Counted from the stretch's first letter, positions 46,768-54,687 are shown. The stretch: 64,000 nucleotides of DNA from Octopus sinensis (GCF_006345805.1 NC_042998.1:52762001-52826000), one strand, 5' to 3'. Translations and numbers: made by a program. Notes: generated by a model from the letters alone, not told the origin.

Positions 46768-48402
46768 GGTGGTGCATAATTATAGTGGCTTTTTTTCAGC
46801 AAATTCTATTCAACAAAACCAATAACAGCATGTAACAAAAACATCTCTAAATGATTATTCTGGAGCATATTCACCATCTACTTCACTTACTGCTTCCCAT
46901 TTGCTAGTTTTCTTCCTTAAACACTGTGCCTTTCCTTAATCCTGGTTCATGGTCAGACTTATTTAAAGATGTTTTTGTTAAATATTGTTTTTGTTTTTGT
47001 TGAATAAAATTTGTTGTAAAAAAGCTGCAATAATTATGCACCAACCCAACATATATATATACAAAATTGACAGATATAATGTTTGCTGAATTCCAAAGTT
47101 ACAAGAGCATAAACAAACCAACACTGGTTGTCAAGTGTTAATGTGAGACAAAGAAAATCACACACACACACACAATACACATATATGATGGCCTTCTTTC
47201 AGTTTCTGTCTACCAAATTCACTCACAAGGCTTTGAGCAGTGTGGGGTTCCACTATCACTCAGATGTTTGTCATGCAACAAACAGAGCTCATATAGAAAC
47301 CTACTATATAAGAAAAATAAATTTAAGAATTTCTGTGTGTTTTGGTGTATAAATAAATATTATAGTATACCTTTAATACAGACATAGTTATTTCATTTTG
47401 AAATCATGGAAACCTTTTTTATGACCCTGTATATATATATATATATCACCTTATACCTTTCCATACTGATATTTTCCTGAACTGCACTTCTACTCTTGTT
47501 CAGCACTTAGTACATTCACTTACAGCTCCATCTTTCACCATCTGTTATTCTACCACCTCACACTCAAGGAAAGCATCTACACTCTTTCCTTCTGTGATCC
47601 ACTGTCTGTATCTTCAGTTATGCTCACTTTGTTGTACTTTGAGAGTTTGCTCTGGCACTCCATCACTACCTTCTTAACTTTTCTCACTCACCTCTATATA
47701 TATAATAGTGGGGTAGCGATATATCTTCTCTATAACAAGACACCTGTGCCTTAATTTAGCCTTTTGATAGCTGACATAGAGCCACTTTCTCACTTTCCTT
47801 GCTCAAATATTTCCCATGTAGCAGTGGGATCATTTTCCTTTTCCTCTACCTGTTCTTTTTTTGCTTTGTATGTTACTTGGGAACCTCACTAGCGTCAGTG
47901 GCATGAAAAAAGCGCCCAGTACACTCTGTAAAGTGGCTGGCATTAGGAATGGGCATTCAGCTGTAAAACCTAAGCCAAAGCTGACATTGGAGGCTAACAT
48001 GACCTTGTAACTCACCAGATACTGTCAAACTGCTCACCCTATGTCAAAATGGAAAGTGGAAGTTAAATGATGATGATGATAGGTATGTGTGTGTGTGTGT
48101 GTTTACTTGCCCAAGGTGTCATGCAGTGAGACTGAAGTAGGAAACCGTGTGGTTGGGAAGAAAACTTCTTACAACACAGCCCTGTCAGTGCCTATTTGTT
48201 GAAATTACATTTATACAAAAATGATGCAATTAATGTTTCAATATTAATAAGAAAAAAGTGAGAAAAACAATCTACATACCTGCAGTACAAGAAGAACAAG
48301 ACATAACAGTCCTCCTATGGTGGTCAGTACAATTGCTATAGTAACAACTGTCTCCATGTTGGGGGCATCTGCATTCAATTGCTTCAATTTAACACTCTTT
48401 AT
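6517..48402 (-). CDS. Receptor-type protein tyrosine phosphatase (partial, 5 exons; TM + juxtamembrane + N-terminal part of PTP domain), R7 subtype (PTPRR/PTPN5/PTPN7)-like
   Basis: Five exons with canonical AG/GT sites and compatible phases (0-0, 0-0, 0-0, 0-1, 1-0) join to [176 protein letters not shown] motifs KNRY, RVxL and DYINA are present. The R7 assignment is inferred from LP-x-P-x-x-RV and the linker. Confidence 0.9.
6918..7241 (+). promoter_or_regulatory. Candidate intronic promoter/enhancer motif cluster, antisense to the PTP gene
   Basis: E-box CACGTG 6918, two NF-Y-type ATTGG boxes (TGATTGGTCA 7014, TGATTGGTTG 7071), TATATATAG 7178, TCAGT 7200, AP-1 ATGAGTCAT 7234-7242. Motif-only evidence. 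Confidence 0.25.
7459..7683 (-). mobile_element. SINE S1
   Basis: Reverse-complement match to the S1 body. Confidence 0.8.
7780..8230 (-). mobile_element. Possible degraded piggyBac-like transposase C-terminus (Cys-rich tail)
   Basis: Frameshifted minus-strand peptides WKCEYCL and [12 protein letters not shown] resemble a CxxC...VPLC...C.R tail; weak. Confidence 0.2.
9345..10697 (+). pseudogene. RTE ORF, apurinic-type endonuclease domain (ends at a +2 frameshift)
   Basis: [31 protein letters not shown] and QHRLVV motifs. An extra GA in a (GA)n run at ~10672-10682, relative to copy 2, shifts the frame. Confidence 0.95.
10667..12514 (+). pseudogene. RTE ORF, reverse transcriptase + C4HC3 finger + C-terminal domain (one nonsense at 12104-12106)
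   Basis: [39 protein letters not shown] and LYADD motifs. TGA lies where copy 2 has Arg (CGT). The frame continues as ORF 12113..12514. Confidence 0.95.
13143..13290 (+). repeat. 3'-terminal fragment of the same Penelope-like repeat as 13813-14550
   Basis: ataaccaactgaaattgcaaagataatctagaactcgactgaggaaag... matches 14391-14550. Confidence 0.6.
13331..13811 (+). mobile_element. 5'-truncated duplicate of the RTE copy-1 3'UTR with (TGA)n tail
   Basis: Nearly identical to ~12630-13132 with only scattered substitutions. Confidence 0.92.
13813..14550 (+). mobile_element. Pyrimidine-rich repeat ending in a Penelope-like terminus
   Basis: The terminal region contains CTGAAGA-AAG-AAAA-CTC-CAAATGAC (degenerate hammerhead-like core); no ORF. 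Classification tentative. Confidence 0.4.
14853..16287. repeat. Long head-to-head inverted repeat (arms ~14853-15510 and ~15575-16287) of a Penelope-like terminal sequence
   Basis: Arms align over ~650 bp at roughly 85 percent by eye, both ending at ...ctaatta. The spacer contains (GT)n. CTGATGAAG and GAAACAGCTGT motifs are in both arms. Confidence 0.9.
16293..19994 (+). mobile_element. 5'-truncated RTE LINE (copy 2, related subfamily)
   Basis: Starts in the APE-RT linker; RT is split by 1-bp deletions at ~16608, ~17568 and ~18226 relative to copy 1; (TGA)n tail at 19970-19994. Confidence 0.95.
18317..19815 (+). repeat. Higher-order tandem repeat forming the 3'UTR of RTE copy 2 (4 units of 336/389/347/~426 bp with nested ~33-bp and ~60-bp subrepeats)
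   Basis: Unit starts (g/a)aagacccggc at 18317, 18653, 19042 and 19389. Confidence 0.93.
20040..20350 (+). mobile_element. Possible degraded pogo/Tigger-like transposase N-terminus
   Basis: [17 protein letters not shown] resembles the BrkDBD-like helix-turn-helix start of pogo transposases; heavily decayed. Confidence 0.3.
20620..21600 (-). mobile_element. Degraded RLE-type (NeSL/HERO-like) non-LTR retrotransposon relic
   Basis: Minus-strand [23 protein letters not shown] resembles the RLE motif WEExxEEAHERKxAKYxxLVExC. Confidence 0.45.
21885..22185 (-). mobile_element. SINE family S2 (head ggctgtgtggtaagaagcttgcttcccaacc, tail cagtcaaatgactgaaacaagtaaaag); head missing
   Basis: Reverse-complement match to the S2 body and tail. 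Confidence 0.8.
22975..23185 (-). mobile_element. Short Penelope-terminus-like repeat with intact hammerhead-like fold at 23071-23108
   Basis: TCTTT-CTGTTGA-A-GAGC-GTAG-GCTC-GAAAC-GT-A-AAAGA on the minus strand; CpGs intact. Confidence 0.6.
23206..24345 (-). mobile_element. maT-type (DD37D) Tc1/mariner transposon, decayed transposase
   Basis: Minus-strand FSQMRK (FSDEK-like), [21 protein letters not shown] and [14 protein letters not shown]; 37-residue D-to-D spacing by reconstruction; 3' TIR-like tacaggatgcag at 23206. Confidence 0.85.
24363..24570 (-). mobile_element. RTE 3' tail fragment
   Basis: (CAT)n, then catactggtatgggttggatgg... matching the reverse complement of the RTE terminal region. 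Confidence 0.7.
25279..25545. mobile_element. hAT/Charlie-like MITE
   Basis: Ends resemble cagtggttctcaa / ttgagaaccactg; degenerate. Confidence 0.4.
26471..26552 (-). CDS. PTP exon: pTyr-recognition loop (KNRY)
   Basis: Acceptor tttgcttttattgcag, donor A|gtaagt, 82 nt (phase 0-1), [27 protein letters not shown]. Confidence 0.93.
26665..27048 (+). mobile_element. SINE S2 (internally deleted, expanded (AT)n), ~110 bp from the KNRY exon acceptor
   Basis: Head ggagtggctgtgtggtaag, tail cagtcaaatgactgaaacaagtaaaagag. Confidence 0.85.
27080..27365 (+). mobile_element. SINE S3 body
   Basis: cttgagcaagacactttatttcac...gtcattcatgacggaagg. Confidence 0.75.
27457..27622 (+). mobile_element. RTE 3' tail fragment
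   Basis: cacccactacactc...aggaagggcatccagc...catgctagcatggaaag, then (TGA)n. Confidence 0.85.
27655..27920 (-). mobile_element. SINE S2
   Basis: Reverse-complement S2 body. Confidence 0.7.
28031..28414 (-). mobile_element. tRNA-derived SINE family S4 (head ggagacgcaatggcccagcggttaggg) with 13-bp TSD
   Basis: TSD aattggtctatgt (28018-28030) / aattagtctatgt (28415-28427); (AAC)n tail. Confidence 0.88.
28792..29023 (+). mobile_element. SINE S1 with perfect 20-bp TSD
   Basis: atatattggttcaaagctga at 28772-28791 and 29024-29043. Confidence 0.93.
29675..29995 (-). mobile_element. SINE S2 (internal deletion)
   Basis: Reverse-complement S2 tail and head. Confidence 0.8.
30188..30348 (-). mobile_element. 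R4/Dong-like non-LTR retrotransposon 3' coding relic
   Basis: [10 protein letters not shown]...[17 protein letters not shown] resembles the RLE terminal motif IGALG.VP...GT.KICKTF. Confidence 0.6.
30361..30592 (+). mobile_element. SINE S1 with 16-bp TSD
   Basis: taataatggatatgaa (30344) / taataatgcatatgaa (30593), 15/16. Confidence 0.9.
31080..31255 (+). mobile_element. Old RTE-like LINE 3' coding relic
   Basis: Frameshifted [10 protein letters not shown]...DWLNED...AATRD..A*RELV pattern typical of RTE C-termini. Confidence 0.45.
31255..31515 (-). mobile_element. SINE S2
   Basis: Reverse-complement S2 head and body. Confidence 0.8.
31860..32100 (+). mobile_element. SINE S3 variant
   Basis: A box tagcttagtgg, B box ggtttcgattcc, S3 body. 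Confidence 0.75.
33365..34420 (-). mobile_element. CR1-like LINE 3' fragment, interrupted by a 3'-truncated S1 SINE (34087-34191, +)
   Basis: Minus-strand [15 protein letters not shown] (L.TIYKA.IRP.LEY-like) and [16 protein letters not shown] (SRTSxLWNxLP), typical of CR1 C-termini. Confidence 0.7.
34980..35310 (+). mobile_element. SINE S2
   Basis: Head ggaggcgtggtaagaagcctg, S2 body and tail. Confidence 0.8.
35987..36310 (-). mobile_element. SINE S3/S4 hybrid-tail copy, CpG-intact
   Basis: Minus-strand head gggcgcgtggcttagtggttaggg with B box gagttcgattcccg; 3' part shared with S4 copies. Confidence 0.85.
36360..36750 (-). mobile_element. SINE S2, full length
   Basis: Reverse-complement S2 tail to head. 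Confidence 0.85.
37375..38090 (+). mobile_element. Two tandem S2 heads; the second copy is split by a 205-bp inserted block
   Basis: Heads at ~37375 and ~37522; the body breaks after taacttagca (37780) and resumes at tactgaggtcaatttg (38003). Confidence 0.7.
37798..38002 (+). repeat. Local direct duplication of 39843-40271 (without the MITE)
   Basis: agcaattgtttcatagatac...ttaagcactaattcaatgtatg present at both sites, about 90 percent identical. Confidence 0.93.
38277..38725. mobile_element. hAT/Charlie-like MITE with internal short duplications
   Basis: Ends gtggttctacacc / atggttgaaaatgac; agatgtatttattg(c/a)agaaacagc occurs twice. Confidence 0.5.
39650..39730 (-). CDS. PTP exon: linker / first helices before catalytic domain
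   Basis: Acceptor ctattttcatttcag, donor CAA|gtaaga, 81 nt, [27 protein letters not shown]. It ends in the xxEF motif that precedes KNRY in PTP domains. Confidence 0.88.
40030..40249. mobile_element. piggyBac-type MITE, 220 bp, TTAA TSD
   Basis: TTAA|CCCTTTCGTTAC...GGTAATGAAAGGG|TTAA. The empty TTAA site is in the paralogous block at 37981-37984. Confidence 0.95.
40905..41285 (-). mobile_element. RTE 3' end with tandem 3'UTR modules
   Basis: (CAT)n, RTE terminal region and ggtgctttttatgtgccacc modules. Confidence 0.8.
41350..41630 (+). mobile_element. SINE S2 (internal deletion)
   Basis: S2 head and tail. Confidence 0.75.
42318..42740 (+). mobile_element. SINE S2, full length
   Basis: S2 head, (AT)/(GT) middle, tail. 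Confidence 0.8.
42760..43090 (-). mobile_element. RTE 3' end with three ~60-bp modules
   Basis: ggagccagtca occurs three times at ~60-65 bp spacing after the RTE terminal region. Confidence 0.75.
43600..43910 (+). mobile_element. RTE-like LINE 3' coding relic (different family)
   Basis: [20 protein letters not shown]...GP...WN...AWLAFVRDA; ends in a (GAA)n tail. Confidence 0.6.
44555..45075. mobile_element. Inverted (tail-to-tail) pair of S1-family SINEs: 44555-44780 (+), 44900-45075 (-)
   Basis: aaggcagtgagctggcagaa head on +; reverse-complement body gtacttaatttatcaaccctgaaaggatgaaag. Confidence 0.75.
46148..46303 (-). CDS. PTP exon: juxtamembrane region
   Basis: Acceptor ttctatcatttcag, donor CAC|gtatgt, 156 nt, phase 0-0, [10 protein letters not shown]...MEPADH. 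Overlaps track ORF 45899..46297. Confidence 0.88.
46764..47049. mobile_element. mariner-derived MITE with long TIRs
   Basis: ttagggtggtgcataattat... / ...ataattatgcaccaacccaa; the arms align over ~90 bp; TA-rich flanks. Confidence 0.8.
47885..48080 (+). mobile_element. Old RTE 3' tail
   Basis: gtggcatgaaaaaagcgccc...ggcattaggaatgggcattcagc...(TGA)n. Confidence 0.65.
48280..48402 (-). CDS. PTP exon: end of ectodomain + transmembrane helix
   Basis: Acceptor tcttttttttacag, donor CAG|gtatgt, 123 nt open frame [41 protein letters not shown]. The hydrophobic stretch continues into IIV-HRRR (stop-transfer) in the next exon. Confidence 0.88.
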
Positions 48403-49105
48403 CTGTAAAAAAAAGATATTCTTAAGTAATGAAAACTTTTAAAAAATGTTGCCAAAGACATTTCCAAAATGTAAATTCAAATTTCTAATCCCACCTCATA
48501 TTATGAAGAAATGACTATCTCCTTTGTAATTGCTCTAGAGAAACAACATGTGTAAAAAATTTAGTTTTGCCAAAACTAATAATTCAAATAATAAAGTAAG
48601 AAAAATTCTGATATAGTATAGGAAGGCTGCATTTGTAAATGTGCATATATGCAAGTGGTAGAATTCCTGTATAATTAGTTATATTTATGAATGTACATAA
48701 TATAATATACTTTGTACAGTACTATCAATTTAAGAAGTTTTATATGCTGGCAATCTGATTTTCTTGTTTGAATCTATCAAAGACTTTCAGAAATAAATTC
48801 CAAATCTGAAACAATGTTCTACTGTCCAAAGATCGTATCATACAATGTGTTGATAGTTTTGTGTTTGAGAGAAAAAAAGTTTTCATAGAGAGTGAGGTGA
48901 TAGTACCAATGTTGACAACAAAAAGTTTCTCTTTTTGTACAAAAGGCAAACTACATGAAAGTACAAAGATGGATAAAAATTATGATGTTAAACTGTTGTA
49001 AGACAGATATAATGGATGCAGATTATCCATGTAGGCTGGTGGAAATGGAATGATGCAGAGCAGAATAAGCCATGAGAGGGGTTAAAAACTGTAGGCATCA
49101 GTTAA

Positions 49106-49496
49106 TTATTTACATTATTTACATTTGACGGATATTTGTCCTCATCTTGTTTGTTGTTAACACAATGTTTTGGCTGATATACCCTCCAGCTTTCATCAGG
49201 TGTCTTGGGGAAATTTCGAACCTGGGTTCTCATTCCTAAGGTATTTTTCGATGTTATTATTATTATTATTATTATTATTCAGGTCACTGCTTGGAATCGA
49301 ACTCGGAATTTTGAGGTTAGTAGCTCGCGCTCTTAACCACTATGCCATATGCCTGTGGCGTAGTGGTTAAGAGCGCGGGATACTAATCCCAAGATTCCGA
49401 GTTCGATTCCAGGCAGTGACCTGAATAGTTATAATAATAATAATAATAATAATAAAATAATAATAATAACAACACCAACAACAACATCGAAAAATA
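49106..49496. mobile_element. tRNA-headed, hammerhead-bearing short retroelement in head-to-head palindromic arrangement
   Basis: Arms 49242-49350 and ~49355-49496 are reverse complements, each with an A box (TGGC(A/G)TAGTGG) and B box (GTTCGATTC) followed by (AAT)n. The minus-strand copy continues into a hammerhead fold. Confidence 0.85.
49159..49204 (-). ncRNA. Minimal type-I hammerhead ribozyme, decayed (probably inactive copy)
   Basis: GACAC-CTGATGA-AAGCTG-gagggtatat-CAGCC-AAAAC-AT-T-GTGTT: stem I GACAC/GTGTT, stem II GCTG/CAGC. G12>A and G16.2>A both fit CpG transitions from CGAAACGT. Confidence 0.7.
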
Positions 49497-49699
49497 TAAA
49501 GATATTTAAATCAAGAAATACTGTGGCCCATCAACAGCATAATTACCAGCATTATCACCAGCAATTAATGTGTGTCCCCAATACTGGCACGGGTGGATAG
49601 TGTGTGCGTTACAAATGAGATGACAAAGGGTTGAGAAAACAGATACTATGATGATGATGATGATGATGATGGTAATGATGATGATTGTCATCATCATCA

Positions 49700-49980
49700 T
49701 CATCATCACCATCCTTTCATGTCCATTTTCCATGCTGGCATGGGTTGGACTGTTTGACCAGAGCTGGCAAACTAGAAAGTGGCACAAGGTTCCAGTCTGA
49801 TTTTGCTAGGCTTCTTTGGTTAGATACCCTTTCCAACACCACCCACTTTACAGAGTGTTCTGGGTGCCTTTTATGTGACACCAGTACAAGTACTCTTAAG
49901 TGGCACCAACATGGGAGGTATTACATGGCACCATCATGGCTGCTTTTTAGATGGCACCAGCATAGGTGCTTTTTACATGG
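49700..49980 (-). mobile_element. Old RTE 3' tail
   Basis: (CAT)n, then tttccatgctggcatgggttggac... with ggtgcttttacatgg modules. Confidence 0.65.
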
Positions 49981-51019
49981 ATTCTTGCAGGCCAATCCTC
50001 TTCAGCAGGGGGAAAAGCATTAACATTTCTGCTGTGCTGGACAGGTCTTCTTGAGTGCAGCAAGTCACCAGATATCCTGATCCTTTGTCATCTACGCCAT
50101 AAGGTTCAGTGTCCTAGGATCACCCTTCAGATATATAGCAGATTATGTCATAACCTATGCAGGACAGAAATCGATAATGAGGATGATGATAATGATGATT
50201 GCTGACCTTAACTATTTCAACTTTAAATAACATTTATTGAGCATTCTTTTCAAATGTTTGTTCCATCTTTCGTTTAATAAAATATGCAGCAACAATGTTT
50301 GGTTTGAGGTGATATGTATTTGATTGAATGCCAGCCACCAGAGATAATTTCATATTTATTGTGTTTGAATATTGACAAGGGCTTTTTGATACAATAGAAA
50401 ATACTATAACCTTCTGTTTAGTTCTAATCAATTGTTTATTCAGTATTACAAACTTATAAGTACAGTGGAGTAAACAGAAATGGTACAGCATTAGACTAGC
50501 ATTGGACTTAATAGCTTATAGCATTTAATCTTATTTCCATGCAATATTATTACCAGTGGCAAGTTGAAACTCGTAAACAAGCCATTCAGTGTGTTTCGCC
50601 ATGGAGAAAATTTCTCACAGTGAACTTGAACTTGCCACAAGCATATTTAAACTAGTAATAACAATGCAGTTATACACATCTCTGCTTAGTGCACCCACCT
50701 TGTAACTTATTTTTATGGCCAAAGTTCAATTCCTATCTCAAACAATTTTAGATCAATTTTACTTTTCATCCTTCTAGAGCTGATAAAACATACAAATATA
50801 AAACTATATGGATTAACTGTGCTTCATCTTCATCTGTTTTGCATGAAAGATTTTTTTGCTGCAGGTGAGGAGAAACCAGTGCCATTAACCGTTTAGCATT
50901 CAAACAGGTCATGCCAGGCCCAAATATTTTACTCATTTTGTCATATCTACCTTGCAGGTAGATATGATAGGCTTGAATCTAAAAATAAACAAGTGCATCA
51001 TCAAAATGTTGAAGCTACA

Positions 51020-51240
51020 AGACATACCAGCCTCCCCTCTCCATGCCACCAGTGTTATCCAAAGGGAAGGCAAAAGCCAAGCTTGGCACCTGTGACGTTA
51101 CAACTCATTTCCACAGCTGAGTGAACTGGAGCAATGTGAAATAAAGTGTCTTGCTCAAGAACACAATATGCAGCCCGGTCTGGGATTCAAACTCACAGCC
51201 CCACAATTGTAAGCTTGACGCTCTCACCACTGAGCCATGC
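51020..51240 (-). mobile_element. SINE S3
   Basis: Reverse-complement S3 head catggctcagtggtgagagcg and body. Confidence 0.75.
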
Positions 51241-51393
51241 TACTATTATGATTTACTATTTATTGTACTTTATTGATTTTTAGAATAAGGCTTTTTTTAT
51301 AGTATACGTTTTTTATAGCATATGTTTTCTATATGGTGTGAATAACATATTTCTTTATTGAATTGTTTAATAGAGGTTTTTCTCTAAATTATA

Positions 51394-51450
<57 letters not shown>

Positions 51451-51508
51451 GATTGATCTGCATAAAAAGGTCAACAAGAAGAGTACTCCCTCTAACGAGA
51501 GTCTGATA

Positions 51509-51784
51509 TTAATGTATGCATTTCACTCCACACGTATTACATGCACTACTCATAGTTTCATGTACATGAAAAGTATGTTCATCAGGCACTGATTATTCGA
51601 AGTTTAAATAGAGAGCCAGGTGAGAGGCAATGCTAAAGCAAACCATATTTAATGGAAGATTCCACTACAGGTGAGCTACTTAAACTTCTTGGTTTCATAG
51701 AATAATCAGCGCCTGATGACAGTACTTGCATGTGGAACTATTAGTAGCACGTGAAATAAATGTGGAGTGAAGCGCATACATTAA
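51509..51784. repeat. Foldback element / MITE: ~95-bp imperfect TIRs, ~70-bp spacer
   Basis: ttaatgtatgcatttcactccacac... vs ...tgtggagtgaagcgcatacattaa; internal catcaggcactgattattc / gaataatcagcgcctgatg. Confidence 0.8.
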
Positions 51785-51785
51785 C

Positions 51786-51851
<66 letters not shown>

Positions 51852-52070
51852 GATGTATGAGAGATGTATGTATGCATCCCACCCAATATAATAAACCCCT
51901 CAATAAATGTTTATAAATTTAAATGTGCCTGTTCTGCCACATTCTTATTTTTTTTACACTTTTGGATAGATATAACATTTCAGAATGACAAACAAGTGTA
52001 GTAATGCAGAGGAGATATATGGCTACTCCAGTTGGAAAAGAGAGAGAGAGGGGTGAGAGAGAGAGGGAGG

Positions 52071-52118
<48 letters not shown>

Positions 52119-52574
52119 AGGAGAGAAATCTATTTTAATATTTGTAAATTGCTTGCTTTTCAGTGAATTAGAGCAATTGGCAAATTAACTAGTTTGTAAA
52201 GAGTTAAGCTTTTTCTGCAAAGTAAACAGATTGGAGTTTAGTCTACAGCTGTAATTTTAATTTACACATTTGATTGATGGAACTATCAAATCTAAATCTT
52301 CAGCATTCGATGATTTTAGGCTTGGCTCTTAGTGGAGATTAATAACTTGTGTCAGTATATGAGCAGACATTATACATATATGACAATCCAAGTCGATAAT
52401 GATGGCCTAACTCCAAATAGTATAATCATGCTGTTTCATAGAGATACATTTTCAACAAGGTCAAATAGCCATCATCATCTTTGCATTTTGATATAAAGGA
52501 CTTGTGCACCCATGTGCACACACACACACACACACGCATACACACACACACACACACACACACCTATTGTTTGA

Positions 52575-52970
52575 CTTGTTTGTCCTTTGTCTGTAGCCAT
52601 GCTGGAGCACTGCCTTGAAGGGTTTTAACTGAACAAATCAATCCTAAGACTTACGAAATATATATATTTCTCAAAGCCTCAAAGTCACTTTTGCTGAACC
52701 ACAAAGTTATGGGGATGTAAACACACTGACACCAGTTATCGAATGGTGATGGGAAGGTGGATGACAAACACAGACACAAAAACACACACAAATATATATA
52801 TGCATATATATATGATGGGCTTCTTTCAGTTTCCATCTACCAAATCCACTCGCAAGGCCCTGATCGGCCTGAGGCTATAGTAGAAAATACTTGCCCAAGT
52901 TTCTATGCAGTGGGACTGTACCCAGAACCATGTGGTTGGGAAGCAAACTTCTTACCACACAGCCACTCCT
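52575..52970 (-). mobile_element. SINE S2, full length
   Basis: Reverse-complement S2. Confidence 0.8.
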
Positions 52971-54289
52971 GGGCCAATATATATTCTTCCCAGAAGATAT
53001 ACACACATAAACAGAGATGTAAGCATTACTTTCACACACATATGCACATTCACATGGTTCTTTTCATTAGTGTCAGATGCAGCATGAAGTAAAAACTGTA
53101 AAGTCAAGAATTTTTTCTGGTTTTTTTTCTTCTTTCCATTATCTTTATTTTATTTTATTTATTTATTTATTTATTTATTTTTTTTGATATGCTGGTGAAA
53201 TTTTAGAAGATGAAAGTTTCACACCAGGTCAATATCTTTAACTACAAAGTTCACACTCTGAGGGAGATAAATAAAATCTAAAAAAACAAAAAACATCAAT
53301 CAATAAATATATAATATAAAATAAAAAGAAAACAATCTACCCCACATTCTCTTCCTTTGGCAAAACATGTTCTTTAGAAAGACATGTTCCACTGTATGCT
53401 TCAGTAAAACAAGATTTAAAAACAAATATGCACAATGTTAATTTCATGGTTCGAAGAATTCTCGTATAAACTTGAATAAACATTTTCACCAGCAATCCAG
53501 TATCTGAATTTGTACAACTATTTAACCAATTTTGGCACTAAAAACGAAAATAGAAATGTTAAATAAATAAATAAATAAATGTTAAATGAACTTGAAAATG
53601 CTAATAAGTTTATAATTTTTTTCAACTATTACCCTCATGAGCAGAGACGAGTATTTTTTTCTCCTTTCCTTTGCTGTTTACATCATCTATATGGTTTCGA
53701 TTGGTTTGATAGCTGTTCATTATTAAGCGCAGTTGTTTTCATTATCATCATCATCATCATTATTTAATGCTCACTTTTTCCATGCTTGCATGGGCTGGAC
53801 AAAGTATACTTGAGGCAGATTTGACAGCCAGATGCTCTTCCTGTCATTAACTCTCGCCTGTTTTTAAGCAAGGCAATATTTCCCCACATGGTCAAACATG
53901 TTCTTGCAGAATATCGGAAATGAATGACACTGCTTCTGTGACAGTGACATTGATTCATGATTATCATGTGATGTCAAGACAAGGAAACACACACATGCTC
54001 TCTCTTTCTCTCCCTCCCTCTCTCTCTCACACACACACACACACAAGTAATATGGTGATGAAAACTGGAAAAATAGAACTCAAACTATGAGTATATGTAT
54101 ATTTTCATTTTATTTATTTTAAACTCTCAGGCCTTGAGACACTCGATTGCTTCAGCTAAATATTAATATATATATATTTATATATATATTAATATTTAGC
54201 GGTGGCACCACCATCTCAGCAGTGGTGCCCCAACATGGCCGCAGCCTTCGGGCTAAAACATTTTTAAGGATTTAAGGATATATATATAT

Positions 54290-54670
54290 GTTGGCACTCT
54301 GTTGCTTACGGTGACAAGGGTTCCAGTTGATCTAATCAGCAGAACAGCCTGCTCGTGAAATTAACGTGCAAGTGGCTGAGCACTCCACAGACACATGTAC
54401 CCTTAATGCAGTTCTCAGGGATATTCAGCATGACACAGAGTGTGACAAGACTGGCCCATTGAATTACAGGCACAACAGAAACAGGAAGTAAGAGTGAGAG
54501 AAAGTTGTGGTGAAAGAGTACAGCAGGGTTCACCACTATCCCCTTCTGGAGCCTCGTGGAGCTTCTAGATGCTTTCACTCAATAAACACTCACAATGTCT
54601 GGTCTGGAAATTGAAACCGCGATCCTATGACATTGGGTCTACTACCCTAACCACTGGGCCATTGCGCCTA
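54290..54670 (-). mobile_element. SINE S4
   Basis: Minus-strand head ggcgcaatggcccagtggttaggg; body as at 28031. Confidence 0.82.
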
Positions 54671-54687
54671 GACATTATATATATATA

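Noticed and set aside
49356-49420. Functional tRNA gene (also other SINE heads)
   Set aside because: A and B boxes are present, but there is no complete acceptor stem or T-run terminator; it continues into a repeat body.
50699-50780. Minus-strand exon-like segment upstream of the TM exon
   Set aside because: Stops in all frames before the donor.
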